A DNA stretch of 63,975 nt, counting the filler, from Rhabdomonas costata (lineage: Eukaryota), in the NCBI GenBank assembly GCA_019059605.1. It is 43 parts of 43 records of this genome, joined end to end, with 100 filler letters (N's around TTAATTAATTAA, not from the genome) between each part and the next. Parts side by side here need not be neighbours in the genome. Positions count along the whole stretch, not along the records: positions 1 to 1,389 come from JAHMHO010017328.1; positions 1,490 to 2,880 come from JAHMHO010017329.1; positions 2,981 to 4,371 come from JAHMHO010017330.1; positions 4,472 to 5,862 come from JAHMHO010017331.1; positions 5,963 to 7,353 come from JAHMHO010017332.1; positions 7,454 to 8,844 come from JAHMHO010017333.1; positions 8,945 to 10,335 come from JAHMHO010017334.1; positions 10,436 to 11,826 come from JAHMHO010017335.1; 35 more parts are not named here. One strand, written 5' to 3'. Below, piece by piece: positions 1 to 12,197 of this stretch (within the stretch, counting starts at the first letter, position 1; every line of letters begins with the position of its first letter). A program made the translations under genes and the position numbers. The notes beneath the pieces are model-generated. The model searched no databases, had not been told where the DNA came from, and saw only the letters and a list, made by a program, of their open reading frames with translations.

Positions 1-1389
1 CCATGGTGAGTTTTCTACATCTATGCGTGGGGTTGAGGGTGCTGGATGTGGTATTGTCTGATATTTTGTGAGGAAGCTGTTGCTTGTTGAGCCCGGAAGC
101 CTTCTGATTAGCAATGTGCTTCTTATAGAAATTCATTTATATTTATTCATTTTCTCAATAGAATCTGCTGTAATTTTTCCTTTTTGCACGCGTCAGAATC
201 ACCACCTTGGATTGACGGGTGAAAGTTCTGATTTAAGGTGAAATGTGAAGCTCTGGAATTGGCCCTCTTTGTGGGATGGTTTTCCAAAGGCAGAAGTGTT
301 GAATTCTTATTCTTCTCAAACAGGCTGCGGCCCGGCGGGTTCTGTCCGCAGATGAGGACCACGCTCGAGCATTGCTTCATCGCACGTCTCAGGTTAGTGG
401 CCCGGTTCATGCATTTTTCTGTGCTCCCCAAGCTTCCGATTGCAGTTGCGGTAACAGACGGTTTGACATTTGCTTTTCCGGCAGCATGGTTACACTAAGC
501 CCCGCTCACCCTCCTCTAACCTCCCTGCAGGGATAATCAGCCTATTGAGCGAACGGTTAGAGATGGAGGTCCGTGCTAACTGCCAGGTTGGTGGGGATGA
601 GGGTGGTGGCGATGCGAAATGCGAAATGCGAAATATAAACATTCGTTCGGAGCAGCCCTGTGTTCGGATATGGTCACTCACAGACCTTGGCACAGATGTG
701 CGTGTGGAACGCCGGCGGCCGGACAAGTCCGGCAAGGCTGCTGGAGCTGCAGCTCTTGGAGCAAGAGCAGAGCTCTCGCTACACCTTATCACTGGAAGAG
801 GTTTGGTGCCACATTGCATTTCCCTTTCTTCTAAAATCTCACCAAATTGTGTGATCGCTGGGTTGTTACCCGAACGTGCGGCAAAAATGAGCGACCATGG
901 GACTTGTGCAAAGAACGTGTTTCCCTTTTCGCTCGAGACAGAAAAGCAATCACTTTCTGAGTCATCTTGAATCCATATCATTTTTTGCTGCGCACGACGG
1001 AGAGAGTTCACGCAGCTCTGTTGGTTATGTGTGTGAATCGAGCCGTGTACTAAGGAAGTAATCAATTCAGCGAACGTTCTTATTGATGGTGGCCGGGAGG
1101 GTCCGCCGGTGGCAGGTCTACCAACGGTAGCACAAACGCTTCGAAACCCAATGGTAACACGAACGCTTGAAACCCCAAGCACCGCCTGGTACAGCAAGGA
1201 CTTCAGACCACGTCACCACAGCAGAAGCGGAGGCTGTGGACCGTTCCACAGCAATCGCCATATGTGCGTACGATTCTCCAAACGCATTTATCCAGTAACC
1301 AATGAACCCACGTCGTCACTTTCCTATAAACCTTGAAGTTGGACCCATCTGATCTCCAAGAGCTTCCCAACTTTGTGCCCAACACAAAC

Positions 1390-1489
1390 NNNNNNNNNNN
1401 NNNNNNNNNNNNNNNNNNNNNNNNNNNNNNNNNTTAATTAATTAANNNNNNNNNNNNNNNNNNNNNNNNNNNNNNNNNNNNNNNNNNNN
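1390..1489. other. Artificial contig-joining spacer (first of 42 identical ones)
   Basis: N-run + TTAATTAATTAA (stops in all six frames) + N-run, 100 nt, recurring every ~1.49 kb. Contigs are near-equal in length, consistent with size-sorted unplaced contigs. Confidence 0.99.
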
Positions 1490-1756
1490 GGTGGTTGGTG
1501 AGGGTAGGAGTGAAATCTGAGCTGACCAGCTAATGATCATGTCTTACTGGAGTGACGGGCGTTTCGACCCTCTAGGAGTGGTTGGGTCATCATCAAGCAG
1601 GGCACCATCTCCGCCTGCCTTGGACGCTCTTCGGCGGGTTCTTTGCAACTGTGGGGTGGAGGTCGACGTTTCGCGGGATGCTTCGCATCTGAAATCGGAG
1701 GACGGGTCCGGGGAGATGGGATGCACTGATGCTGCGATTGAGGTGGATTAGAGGTG

Positions 1757-1783
1757 GAGAGAGAGAGAGAGAGAGAGAGAGAG
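1757..1783. repeat. (GA)n microsatellite
   Basis: Seen directly. Confidence 0.9.
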
Positions 1784-2157
1784 GGAAAGAAAGTGGTGTG
1801 CAGCAGTGGACAATGGTGGGAGTCAAAGAAAGGGAGGAAAGGGGGAAAGGTGTTGTTTGCGAGGTTGCCCCCAACACCGACAGCAATTCCGACAGAAAAA
1901 GTTCATCAGGAGGGACAGAGTGCTTCGAGGAGTCTACAGTCCTATTTGGGTGGCTTTACGTTCGCTGCAATCGTCATCACGAGTGAAAGCCAAACCACCC
2001 AGGAATGTCAGATGCCTGTCTGTCTGTCGCTATCTGACGACTTCTGATGGCATTACTTCTTGCTCCTCCCATAAATGCCATCATTCGCTGTTCCTGCGAA
2101 CCAGAGCACGTGAAACCCGCCCACTCCCAAGCCATTCACTCACACAAGCTTGAGCAC

Positions 2158-2413
2158 CCTTGTCAATGGCCCAGCGCTTCATCGCCTCGGCTACCCTCTC
2201 CGCCTCCTGGATGGTCAGACGGCGGCCCTTCAGCACGCAGTCCTTGACCGCGGTGTAGTCGGCCTTGTTCATGTATTTCTGCATGGCGTCGTCGTTGAAG
2301 ACGTTGCAGCCGTAGTACTTCACGATGGAGGGGTCCGGGTCATTCACGACGTGGTCCCCGCGCTTCTGCGACTGCGACAGCACCTCCCGAACAGCTTGGA
2401 TGCGACCCGTCAT
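2158..2413 (-). CDS. Glutamine synthetase type III, first coding exon (partial gene)
   Basis: MTGRIQAV...YYGCNVFNDDAMQKYMNKADYTAVKDCVLKGRRLTIQEAERVAEAMKRWAIDKG matches the GSIII N-terminal pattern (G.NVF...M....A.AMK.WA..KGATH). Homology stops at candidate donors GTGCTC (2157) or GTGAGT slightly further on. The next exon is not on this contig. Confidence 0.88.
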
Positions 2414-4471
2414 CTTCGCTTTGATGCAGACCCTCCTTCGAAAAAATAAAACTGCAAAAGAGTGGTGTAGAAAAAAAAGCAATAGGAGGACACGTGGGGT
2501 GGCCAACCGCCCAACTCCCTGCCCTGTTCTTTGTCCATCAGCACTCCACATCGGGCTCACCGGCAGTCTGTCCCCGGAAGTGGCCAACCTTAGTAAGACC
2601 CCCCCCCCAAAAAAAAACAGCAGGACTCTCAGCTGCCTTGCAAGCTGAGGCAAACCACACCCAACTCAGAACGCAGAACACGGGTTTCCGAGAGTCGTGG
2701 AATGCTCCAAATTACCGACAACCTATCACCTGATTCTGCAGTGCAAATGAGCACAAATCATTTCACACCGGGACTCTTATCTGCACGACAGACTTGGGTG
2801 CATTTTTTTTCATGGATGATTTACTTTACGCCAGTTCAAAACATGAATACCCCTCGCCGTTCCAGAGCTTCCAACAACCCNNNNNNNNNNNNNNNNNNNN
2901 NNNNNNNNNNNNNNNNNNNNNNNNTTAATTAATTAANNNNNNNNNNNNNNNNNNNNNNNNNNNNNNNNNNNNNNNNNNNNGTTTTTTGGAAGGCATATGA
3001 CAGGCTACGTGGGTGTACGGTGTTAGAGAACGCCACGAAATACAGCATTCCGCGGGTTAAGCACAAACACAGAAAGGTTGTTGCACCTTATTAAGAGCGC
3101 AGGAGATATTCCAAGTGTCGACCACGCTGAAAGCCGAGGTTCTCAGCCGCTTTTTGGAGAGTTGTTCTTGGGATGGAGTGAACAGCGTTGTTGACCGTTG
3201 CTCGGAGCTGGCATACGAAGCGAAAAGGTTGGATGGTTGCCTTGAGTGGGCGCCACAAAAAATAGCCGAGTGGGGAGACGTTGGTAGCCAAGCGTGGGCC
3301 AACACCCCACGTGGTGTGTGAGAAGAAGCGCCGTCTTGTTGTTAGGCTCCATGCCGGGAGGTATTAACGGCGGCAGCGTAAAGCCAAAACAAGGAAACCG
3401 TCTAGCATCTCCCTGCACCGAGCGTCGGTCACAGTCACACTCCTCGCCCTCCCCTAACTGAAAAAATAGGTGCGGTCCCTTTGAACTTTCCCCCAACCGG
3501 GTGCGCCTGATGCTCGTTTAGCTTCGCTGGACGAGCTTACGGACTTCGCTCTGTAACAGGTCTGGATTCAGAAAACCGGACCCCGATTAAAACTCAGCGC
3601 ATAGTTGCATGACTTCAGTCTCCGGAAACTGCTTTTATATGGGCTTGGGAGCTGAGCCTTGAACCTTGGCCGAAGCAAAGTACAACCGAAATAGAGTGAG
3701 AACCGCCAAGCACGGAAGAGCCTGTCACAAAAGCAAGGCTCCCATGGAAAAACAGTACGATTGGGCTAAAATCGGACTAAATTTCGCAGGGTTTTCCATT
3801 CCACCACCTCAGTAAAATCTGAGCTGCTGATCAACCCCATCCCTTTGTAACACACACGATACATTGCAGAAGTGAAAAGAGATCACGTAAGCAACAAAAG
3901 TTAGGTGCTCTTCCTCACAGAACGTGCAAGCCCACCGGGGGTGCGGTGGAGCAAAGACCAACTGCTTTCTTTGTTGGTTAGGAGAAACAAAGAAGAACGG
4001 GCCCAGAAATCACGCACGTGTGCACACAAATGGGACACGAGTGTGACTTAAGCTCATACAGAGGAAGCACACCGCTACACCAACAAAAAGCACTCCGCGA
4101 GCGGATTCCACAAAGATACAAGCATCGCGTTGTATCGTCCGTCAATCTGTACAGTCGGAGAGGGCAGGCGATGCCAAGGCCCGTCATCCAATGTAATGCG
4201 AAGAGCAACAACAACAACAACAAACCCAAGAAGCACCAAGAAACAAACTAGACAATTCACCTCTCAGCTATTTACATTCCCAGATTGCACATATCTTGCA
4301 GACGTCCGGTTCTAACAGAAAAACGAAAAACAAGTTGCATCCCAAGAGAGGAAAGTAAAAGCCCCAACCACNNNNNNNNNNNNNNNNNNNNNNNNNNNNN
4401 NNNNNNNNNNNNNNNTTAATTAATTAANNNNNNNNNNNNNNNNNNNNNNNNNNNNNNNNNNNNNNNNNNNN

Positions 4472-5811
4472 CCATGAATACAGTGGTGTGGTCCACAGCA
4501 GCAGGTCCTCAACAAACTCAATAATAAAGCCAATGGGGATAACCACGACAACAATCCGGTCAATCTGGGCCCAAAGTTCCATCAATGAGAAAGCCTTGCC
4601 GCAGATTCCGTATTCGGCCCGAATTCGGTTCTGGTGGAATCGATTCAGTCGGGTGAAGTGAGAAAAAAGGCGGCGGCGAAGATCCCCACTGGAAATGAAC
4701 ACTGGCCTCCAGTGAAGCTGCAGAACTACAGTGGCCGTGATCGAGGAGGGCTGCTCAAACGTCACATGACGGGTCACAACCACGTCGGGGGAGCCGTAGA
4801 AGTCTAGCCGAGTTTCCCCAACAATGACCTCTCCCGCCTTGGTGTTGCACACCAGCTGAACCCAAAGCCAGTCCCCTTGAATCACCACCGGGATGCGTAC
4901 TACGAGCTGAAAGTGCTCCTCAAATACAATCTCCCCATTCTGGACGTCGCGGTTGCTGAGCTCCTCGACGTGGGGAACCTCTCCCTGAGCGTGAGCACCG
5001 AGAAGGGTATGTGGCATTGGTATTGGCATTTACTTCAACCTTTTAGCTTATGTTGCTTAGTCCCTCGAGGAAGGAACGTATTTTAGCATAAAAGGAAAAA
5101 CCCTTTACCTCTAGACGCGTTTGTTGGGCTTAAGGGTTTCAGGGGAGGCTGAAGTCCAACAAAGAGTTCTAGCCACGAAGCAGCCTGTCGCTAGACTATC
5201 TGTCGGAAGAGTCGGACAGGTCCAGATGAGAAGGAGAAAAGACCAACCCACAGTGCTCAGCCGGGGGGTCGCGCATTATGTAGGTATAGTTCCGAGGGGA
5301 CGGAGGCAAAGGTCATTGCATTTGAGTCTTTGCAACCTCTGGCTGTTCTAGCTGACGTTATCTTGTTGTGGAGGTTGGTTTGGGAGATGTGATTCGGTCG
5401 AGTGGTTGAGGAACCCTAACCGTCTTGTTTCTCACAAATCTGATGGTGTGGCAAAAATGGCTGGGCGTGTACAGGCCAGGCCGGAGCGACCGTTGGAAGT
5501 TGTCCCCCGTGAACACACGTTTCACCTCAGAGGTGAAACTTGCAACAGCACATGGCCGAGGTACCCCATTGGGGGGCGCACGTCAGCGAAAGGCGAAACC
5601 ACACATACCACTTCGGGAACCCGCTCTGCCTGAAGCTCCACATAAGGGTGGGGTTGGGTCGCGACCAGCTCCTCGCGCAGCAGCACTCGCGCGAAGAAGG
5701 CGGCCTTGGCGGGACCCTTTCCTCCACCGACCAGCGCCTCGATGGCCCCGGGACGGCTCACCACCCGAGCTTTGCCAACGTGGAGGGTCAGCCTCCCAAG
5801 GGTCGGCTCAT
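4472..5811 (-). CDS. C2-domain, MCTP-like membrane protein; two exons (~5811-5609, 4984-contig edge 4472)
   Basis: LGRLTLHVGKAR...PHPYVEL and VFEEHFQL...LWVQL...IVGETRLDF form a C2 fold. It is followed by FSLMELWAQIDRI...FVEDLLLWTTPLYS, like the MCTP post-C2 segment. Phase-0 GTATGT...CTCAG intron. Confidence 0.65.
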
Positions 5812-6205
5812 CTTCGCACCACAAAAACCACCCCATAAAAAGAATTTACACACACCCAACACNNNNNNNNNNNNNNNNNNNNNNNNNNNNNNNNNNNNNN
5901 NNNNNNTTAATTAATTAANNNNNNNNNNNNNNNNNNNNNNNNNNNNNNNNNNNNNNNNNNNNAAAGATATCACGCTTCCTCTGTATAATCTCTGCGAGTG
6001 CTGCGGAAGTCAGCCAGCCCTTGCAGAGAAGGACCCATCGCCGGTCTGCATTCATAATTTTCTGATCTTTCACACAGAGAGAACAAACTTACAGTGACCG
6101 ATAAAGAAGAAGGAAAGATGAGGAGCCAACACTTCGCGCAAAACGGATCAGAACGGCGTGCAGGGAGGCAGAAGGGAGCGTTCACACACCCACGAAGCCA
6201 CAAGC

Positions 6206-7120
6206 CTGGTGGGTCTGCACAGTGAGCGCCACGGGGAGCTCCGTGTCCGCGATGGCCTGCCGGAGCTTCTCCACCTCCGCCCCGGCGTTAGCGGCCTCGG
6301 AGCTGGAGGTGGTCGCAGTGAGGAGGTACAGCCCAGGGCCCTCCAGGTGGAGGACCAGGTGGGATGCCTTGCACAGGCTGTGCAGAGCAGGGATGGGGTC
6401 GGCGAAGGCCCGCTGGTGGGCCAGCCCGACCCGCGCAAGGACAAGTACCGGGACGTGCCCCGTCTCGACGTCTTCCTGAAAACCACAAGCATTGAAGGGC
6501 ACCTTGTGGTCCTTTTGGCAGGCATCCAGAGTTAGTACTAAGTTTTCAGGGCTACTCGTGACAGAGCGGGCTTCGTTTATATTCGACACATGGCACACGC
6601 ATCAAAAAGAACACACAGCTCATTCACTTAGCGTTTGGGCAGGGATTCGGGCGCATTTGCAGGGTTTTCCACCCGGAAACTTTGAATCCAACTATCGAGC
6701 CACTTGCCCACGCTCCTGCTGTTTTGAGCAGTGGGGAAAAGTGGTCCTTGGGAACCCGTAGTGAACCATGCGTCCAATCAAAACTAGAGATGCCGTTCTG
6801 TTTTAAATCACCAGTACCTGATGTTTTTTGCTTTCGCTTTTCATAACTTTCGCAAGCCTGGTTTATCTGATCATTTATGTGATCCTTTATGTAACTGCCT
6901 CTTGCATTCCATCTTGTTCGGAAAGAAATGAGCTCAGGTGAACCTGGATTGCGGCCTGCAGGGCCTTCTCATCGAGGCGACCGGAATCCTCAGCCAAGGG
7001 GACGACCCTCAGCTGAAAGTCCTCGCCGTCTCCGAACACCGGGGCCTCGCGGCGGCCCGCGCCGGCGTACACCACAAGCTTCCCCGTGGCCTCGGGGTGC
7101 TGCGTGCTGCGCTTCCAGAC
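6206..7120 (-). CDS. Group II PLP-dependent decarboxylase fold, PDXDC1-like; exons 7120-6944 and 6475-~6206
   Basis: The spliced product LVVY...LRVVPLAEDSGRLDEKALQAAIQ|EDVETGHVPVLVLARVG...DPIPALHSLCKASHLVLHLEG matches the decarboxylase core. In-phase GT-AG intron; the 3' exon end is uncertain (6194-6206). Confidence 0.75.
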
Positions 7121-10100
7121 CTGACACAAAAGCCGTGCAAACCTCAGATCAAAAACGCCGTGAGGACTCCGCGAGCAGTGAACCTTAGCGCCACAACTGC
7201 CAATCCTCAAAAATGGCACCAGATTGTCCGTATCCACTAGTCACAAGGGCACACGGAAACAAGGGAGGGAACAAACAAAGGGGAAAGCGGGAGGTGAGCT
7301 TGTGGGTATCAGTTTGCATCCGATACGTCCGAGTTGTAGAGCGACGAAAATAANNNNNNNNNNNNNNNNNNNNNNNNNNNNNNNNNNNNNNNNNNNNTTA
7401 ATTAATTAANNNNNNNNNNNNNNNNNNNNNNNNNNNNNNNNNNNNNNNNNNNNGCAGAGAAGGAGGGCCAGGATGCGAGCAAACCACCACGAGCCACCTC
7501 AGATCGCTTTGAATCGCCACTGTTTGCGCGGCATGGCTAAGTGAGGCATTTGCCGAACGACGAAGTGCACTTTTCATTCCATAATCAAGGGCGGGGTGGC
7601 AACCGCTGTTTCACGAACAATTTCGAACCTGATACACCTGGAACTAGGCTATAGTAGAATCTCCGGTAAAAATCTGGCAGCAAAAGTGTGGCGTCCCTTG
7701 AGGAGGTCAGAAGCTCCCTCTGAGGTCGAGAGGGCAGGCTCCTCGTGATCCGTTATCAACGCTCGTTTTCGGAAGCGGTGGTAGCCTTTGGCTTGGTGAC
7801 TGGAACAGTGCATATTTTTTCACAAGGGCACCCAAACACTTCATACGAATGTGAAAAGCTGCCTGCCACCGCCAACATGAGAGATGAGAGCTTGTAGCAA
7901 GCACTGCCCCACTGCTCGCTTCCGTTTAAAACCTGAGTGGAGGAAGTGAGTGGAGGAAGAAAGAGAACCGAGACAACTGAACATCACCGCAGCAATGTTC
8001 GCATCGTCTACGTCCATCTAAAACAGTTTGTGACAGGGGAAGGGGACAGCTGGAAATACACATGGCGTACATACGCACACAGAAAGAACGCTCGCTTCAA
8101 CTTGCACACGACACACTCTTAGTTGTTGGCATAAAAAACTGCAGAGCAGAAGAGAAATCAGGTGCAGCACTCCGACTCAGTCGGCGAACCGACCCTCTTC
8201 CCGCTGGTCCCGGTGACATCCGCAAGGAAGGATCAGAGCAAACGCCTGAAGGGCACAGCCACTGCTGCATTCCAATGAAGGAACCCGCCGAGCAGAGACA
8301 GCACCAGCACCGCAGGCGTTGAGGCAAAGCGTCCTTTCCAACCTTACTTTTTCTGTGTCTGTTGGGTTCTCGTCTTTGGAACGTGTCCACCGCACGAATA
8401 GGGGAGTAGGTATAACAGACACATACAGATACACACAAACACCTGTTCACTACACTTACACGGACATCCACTCCTCACCGCAGTACCGCACACCAACTCA
8501 CAGCACTCTAGCCCACACAAACAACACAAGCCACCAGCCAGCTGAGCGGGAAAGGGGAGAAAAAGAGAGAGAGGAGGTATCCTCTCACATTGGGTATCAT
8601 CGTCGGAGAAGGGTTCAGAATGCAAACACAACCAAAGCAGGCCAAGAGACGCAAGACGCGAAGGGGGGAGGGGGATGCGGGAGAAATAGGCGTCAGAAAA
8701 CCCAGCGAAGGGAAGCAGCGCCCACTTGACGGGGTTGAAAGCAGTGGTCAGGTCAAAGCTGAGGTGCCTTGCCCAGCTCCACCGAAAGCACAAGCGCACG
8801 CAAAAGCACAAGCCAACCTGTACAGAAACACTTTGCCACCAACCNNNNNNNNNNNNNNNNNNNNNNNNNNNNNNNNNNNNNNNNNNNNTTAATTAATTAA
8901 NNNNNNNNNNNNNNNNNNNNNNNNNNNNNNNNNNNNNNNNNNNNTTTTTGGGGGAATCACACTGAGGATCTTTCTGCTGAAACTGTTGATGATTTTTCAG
9001 GAGTGGTGTGCGGTGAAAGCTGTTGTTGAGTCAACCTCACCTGTTCTTTGGTCTGAAGCTCGTGGTTATCAGCATTTTCTTGAGTGGTAACTGACCCAAC
9101 GGTTTCAGTTCCATCGTTTTGAATCAGATGGGCTCGCTGTAGTAGAAAACGGGCCGCAATTCTTGCGGACGTGGGCGGGAATTTCGATCTCAAACGTGTT
9201 ACGCGTGATATCCTTTTGGTCTTATAATTACCAACAGCCTTCGGGGCCATGCGTCCAAAGTGGCCAAGCTGGTTCCTGTGGTGATCAAGATGAAAACTGT
9301 TGCCGAGGCTTTTGCCTGCTCATTGGAAAGAACTTGGTTCACAAAGGCCCTGATTGAGCTCAGTCTCAGCTGCACAAACCATTCATCGCGACAGTGTTCT
9401 CGGCAAAGATACTCTACTCATGGAAGTTGCCACATCTAAGAAAAAGCCTCGTATTCAAGAAAAAATGGCTGAGTTCTTTGCCTCTGATGGGGGCATTGTT
9501 GGGAACGCGTTCTGCGTATTTGCCAACACGATAATGAAGAGAAAATGATTCAATGTAAAGCTGGTCCCCTTTACAACGCCATTTGCCTGCGGTTGGAAGC
9601 TTTAGTTGCGCTTTCAGTGTTGGGTTGGGCGCAAAGGACATGGCGCGATGATGGTGGTGCCAAATTTTGGCGGAATTGGATTGGATTGGATTGGTAACGC
9701 CAGTCATCTAACAAATCCACCAATGCAAGTGGTAAATATTTGCGTTTTGTTGAGCGTAAAATCAAAATCCAACTGCGACACTTTGGCACCAATGCCCACC
9801 TCTTCCAGGGCAACGGAGAGGGATTTTTCATGTACGGGTAATTCTATGGCAAGTAAGTGAAGCTACCAGACATCATTGCGTGGCACGCGCTTCCGGATTT
9901 TTCTTTGAAGACTTGCGGCCTCCAACCCGCGGCGTTCCTGATTGGAAGTAACTACGTCATCCAGACTAATGGGCTTTCAACGTGATGGTCACTCCCTACG
10001 GGTTTTTCTTTTGGAAGTATGTGAAGTGCTGCTTCATCCTTTGCGAAAGCCGATCTACCGAAATACTTTGCCCCAGAATTCCCTTGTGTGCGGGTGTGCC

Positions 10101-10621
10101 CGTAGGTGGCGGAATGGCTGGCCCCGACAGGTGGGGTCCGCAGGGCTTCTTGGGCGGGCGGGCCCTCATAATATGCGCGTTTTTTTTTCGAAACAAGTGA
10201 AGGCAAATGAAACCAAACAATGGAACGCTGTTGGATGCATGGTTTTTCGGCTTTTGCGGTCTTTGGGTGCCTCGCTCGTCGGGATCATGCGGCTTAGCCA
10301 TCCCGTCTGGAGCGGGAGGCCTCGGCCTGCAAAAGNNNNNNNNNNNNNNNNNNNNNNNNNNNNNNNNNNNNNNNNNNNNTTAATTAATTAANNNNNNNNN
10401 NNNNNNNNNNNNNNNNNNNNNNNNNNNNNNNNNNNGTTGGTTGTTTATCAAGGACGGCTTTGGAGGTTCGCATGTGTGGGTCTGCGGCTGTATGCGCGTT
10501 TCCTGCTCTCGCCGAACAGCCCAACGCTGCCAACAGGATACATCTTGGTGCTTCTTTAGTTCTTCTTCGCCCCAGCTTTACACTGCAGTTTCGTGGCATA
10601 GTTGTTTTTCTCTTCTTGCAG

Positions 10622-11401
10622 GACTGGCCAACACCCTCCACTTCCTCTCGCAGTCGGGGTGCGAGCTTTCGTCGCTACGGGACCTGTGCTACGGCCACTT
10701 ATACGTCTACCGTATGTCGTGAGTGCTCCCTTCCACCCATGTCGTGCGGCTGGTATGATCGCGCTCTGTTTTACATGCATGATCTTGGCAGTGATATTTG
10801 AGCGTTTAACTGAACTCGTATAATTAGGAAGCGGTGGGGTTTTTCAGGGATTTCCGTCGCCCTGGTGATGTTCTACGCTGTCCACTGTGTGCTGTCGATG
10901 GAGTGCTGCGAGGGGCTGAGCAGTAGGCTGAATTTTCAGGTCAGCTTGCGATGTGGTTGCCCAATACGGTTAGTTGGGTTGCCATGCCTTTTGGTGATTG
11001 GTCGCTCCCCGATCCGCATGTCTGGTATAGTCTGAGAAGGATCTTGGATAGCGCCTGTATTTATTGATCTTTAGGGAGGGGCAAAAGTATGACCGTTTCT
11101 CTACAATGGCGAGCGGACCCTGCCGACCCTTTGGGGTTGTGCGTATGAGGGGGGAGGGGGGGCGCAGTTGCCAGTTATTGTCGTGAGCACAATGAGTTTA
11201 AAACGAACTCATAGCAAACGGATTTTTCTGGTTTGGGTTGGTTATTTTGGGGGAGGAGGAATTGTACCTGTTCCTTGTCCGGGGGGCAGACCCGCTACTT
11301 TGGACTGAAGACGCTCCTGTTGGTCATTCTCTTTGTGTTCACCCTGCCGCTGAGCACTGGTTTCCTCGCGGGCTACACCGTTGTGGCCCTGTTTGGCGCA
11401 G
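10622..11401 (+). CDS. Serine incorporator (Serinc/TMS1) family; exons 10622-10711, 10848-10939, 11290-11401
   Basis: Spliced CYGHLYVY-R-ISVALVMFY...RLNFQ|TRYFGLKTLLLVILFVFTLPLSTGFLAGYTVVALFGAG matches Serinc TM2-TM4. All introns are GT-AG and in phase. Confidence 0.82.
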
Positions 11402-12197
11402 GTGAGTTTGTTAAAAGTACTGTTGCGTAGTATTTGTTTTCACTCAGAGCAGGCGTCGTTTCACCCACTGAGATGTGTATTTTACTTTGTTTGTTACTGA
11501 GTTGGTGGCAGACCCCTGGCCATTATCTTTAAGCTGCTTTTTGTGTAGATATATTTGGCGCCTCTCTCGTAAAACACTTTAGGTTCAGGTAATTTACGTC
11601 TGCGGGGTATGAAGCGGTGTTCCCAACTAGGAAAGTCGGGGGCGACCAAAGGGACCGAAGTCTCTTTTATTTGCCTTATTCACCTCTGTGTAGATGGTAG
11701 TTCAAAAACTTATGCTGCTTTTGTAATATTCACGCACCTGCCGTGGTCCCAGTGAGACAGAACACTCCTTCTATTGGAAGTGGGGCGGCGGGCCGCCTTT
11801 CCAGACAAGCTGGGACACCAAAACCANNNNNNNNNNNNNNNNNNNNNNNNNNNNNNNNNNNNNNNNNNNNTTAATTAATTAANNNNNNNNNNNNNNNNNN
11901 NNNNNNNNNNNNNNNNNNNNNNNNNNGTGTGTCTGCGTTTGTTTTCCGTCTTTTGACCGCGCAAACATACATAAACGCTAATAAACAGATACCACTCCCT
12001 AAGTCAAAGAGTAACACCACACTTCGAAGATGGAAGTGCAAAACAGAAATTGGAGTCGTCGCATAATAGGAAACACCAACCTCATCCTTGGCAACGGTGC
12101 AAACACACCTCCTAGCGGCAAAACAGAAGCAGGCCTGTCGACGTTTGCATACATGATGGGAAAGACAACATGACAAAACAAGAGACGACGCAAGCCT

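Noticed and set aside
952..962. ACTTTCTGAGT matching the 5' part of the Euglena spliced leader
   Set aside because: Only 11 nt match; no SL 3' half, GT donor or Sm site follows.
490..1197. 235-aa ORF and overlapping ORFs
   Set aside because: No recognisable motif, GC3 bias or clean splice boundaries.
1435..1446. Regularly spaced TTAATTAATTAA as a CRISPR-like or biological repeat
   Set aside because: Embedded in N runs; a standard six-frame-stop contig linker.
5850..5862. C/A-rich contig tails as telomeres of nanochromosomes
   Set aside because: No fixed repeat unit, and genes are cut mid-exon at these ends; consistent with enzymatic tailing.
9490..9670. Cys-rich PHD-finger-like remnant (ICQHDNEEKMIQC...WWC)
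   Set aside because: Multiple stops and missing ligands; too degenerate to call.
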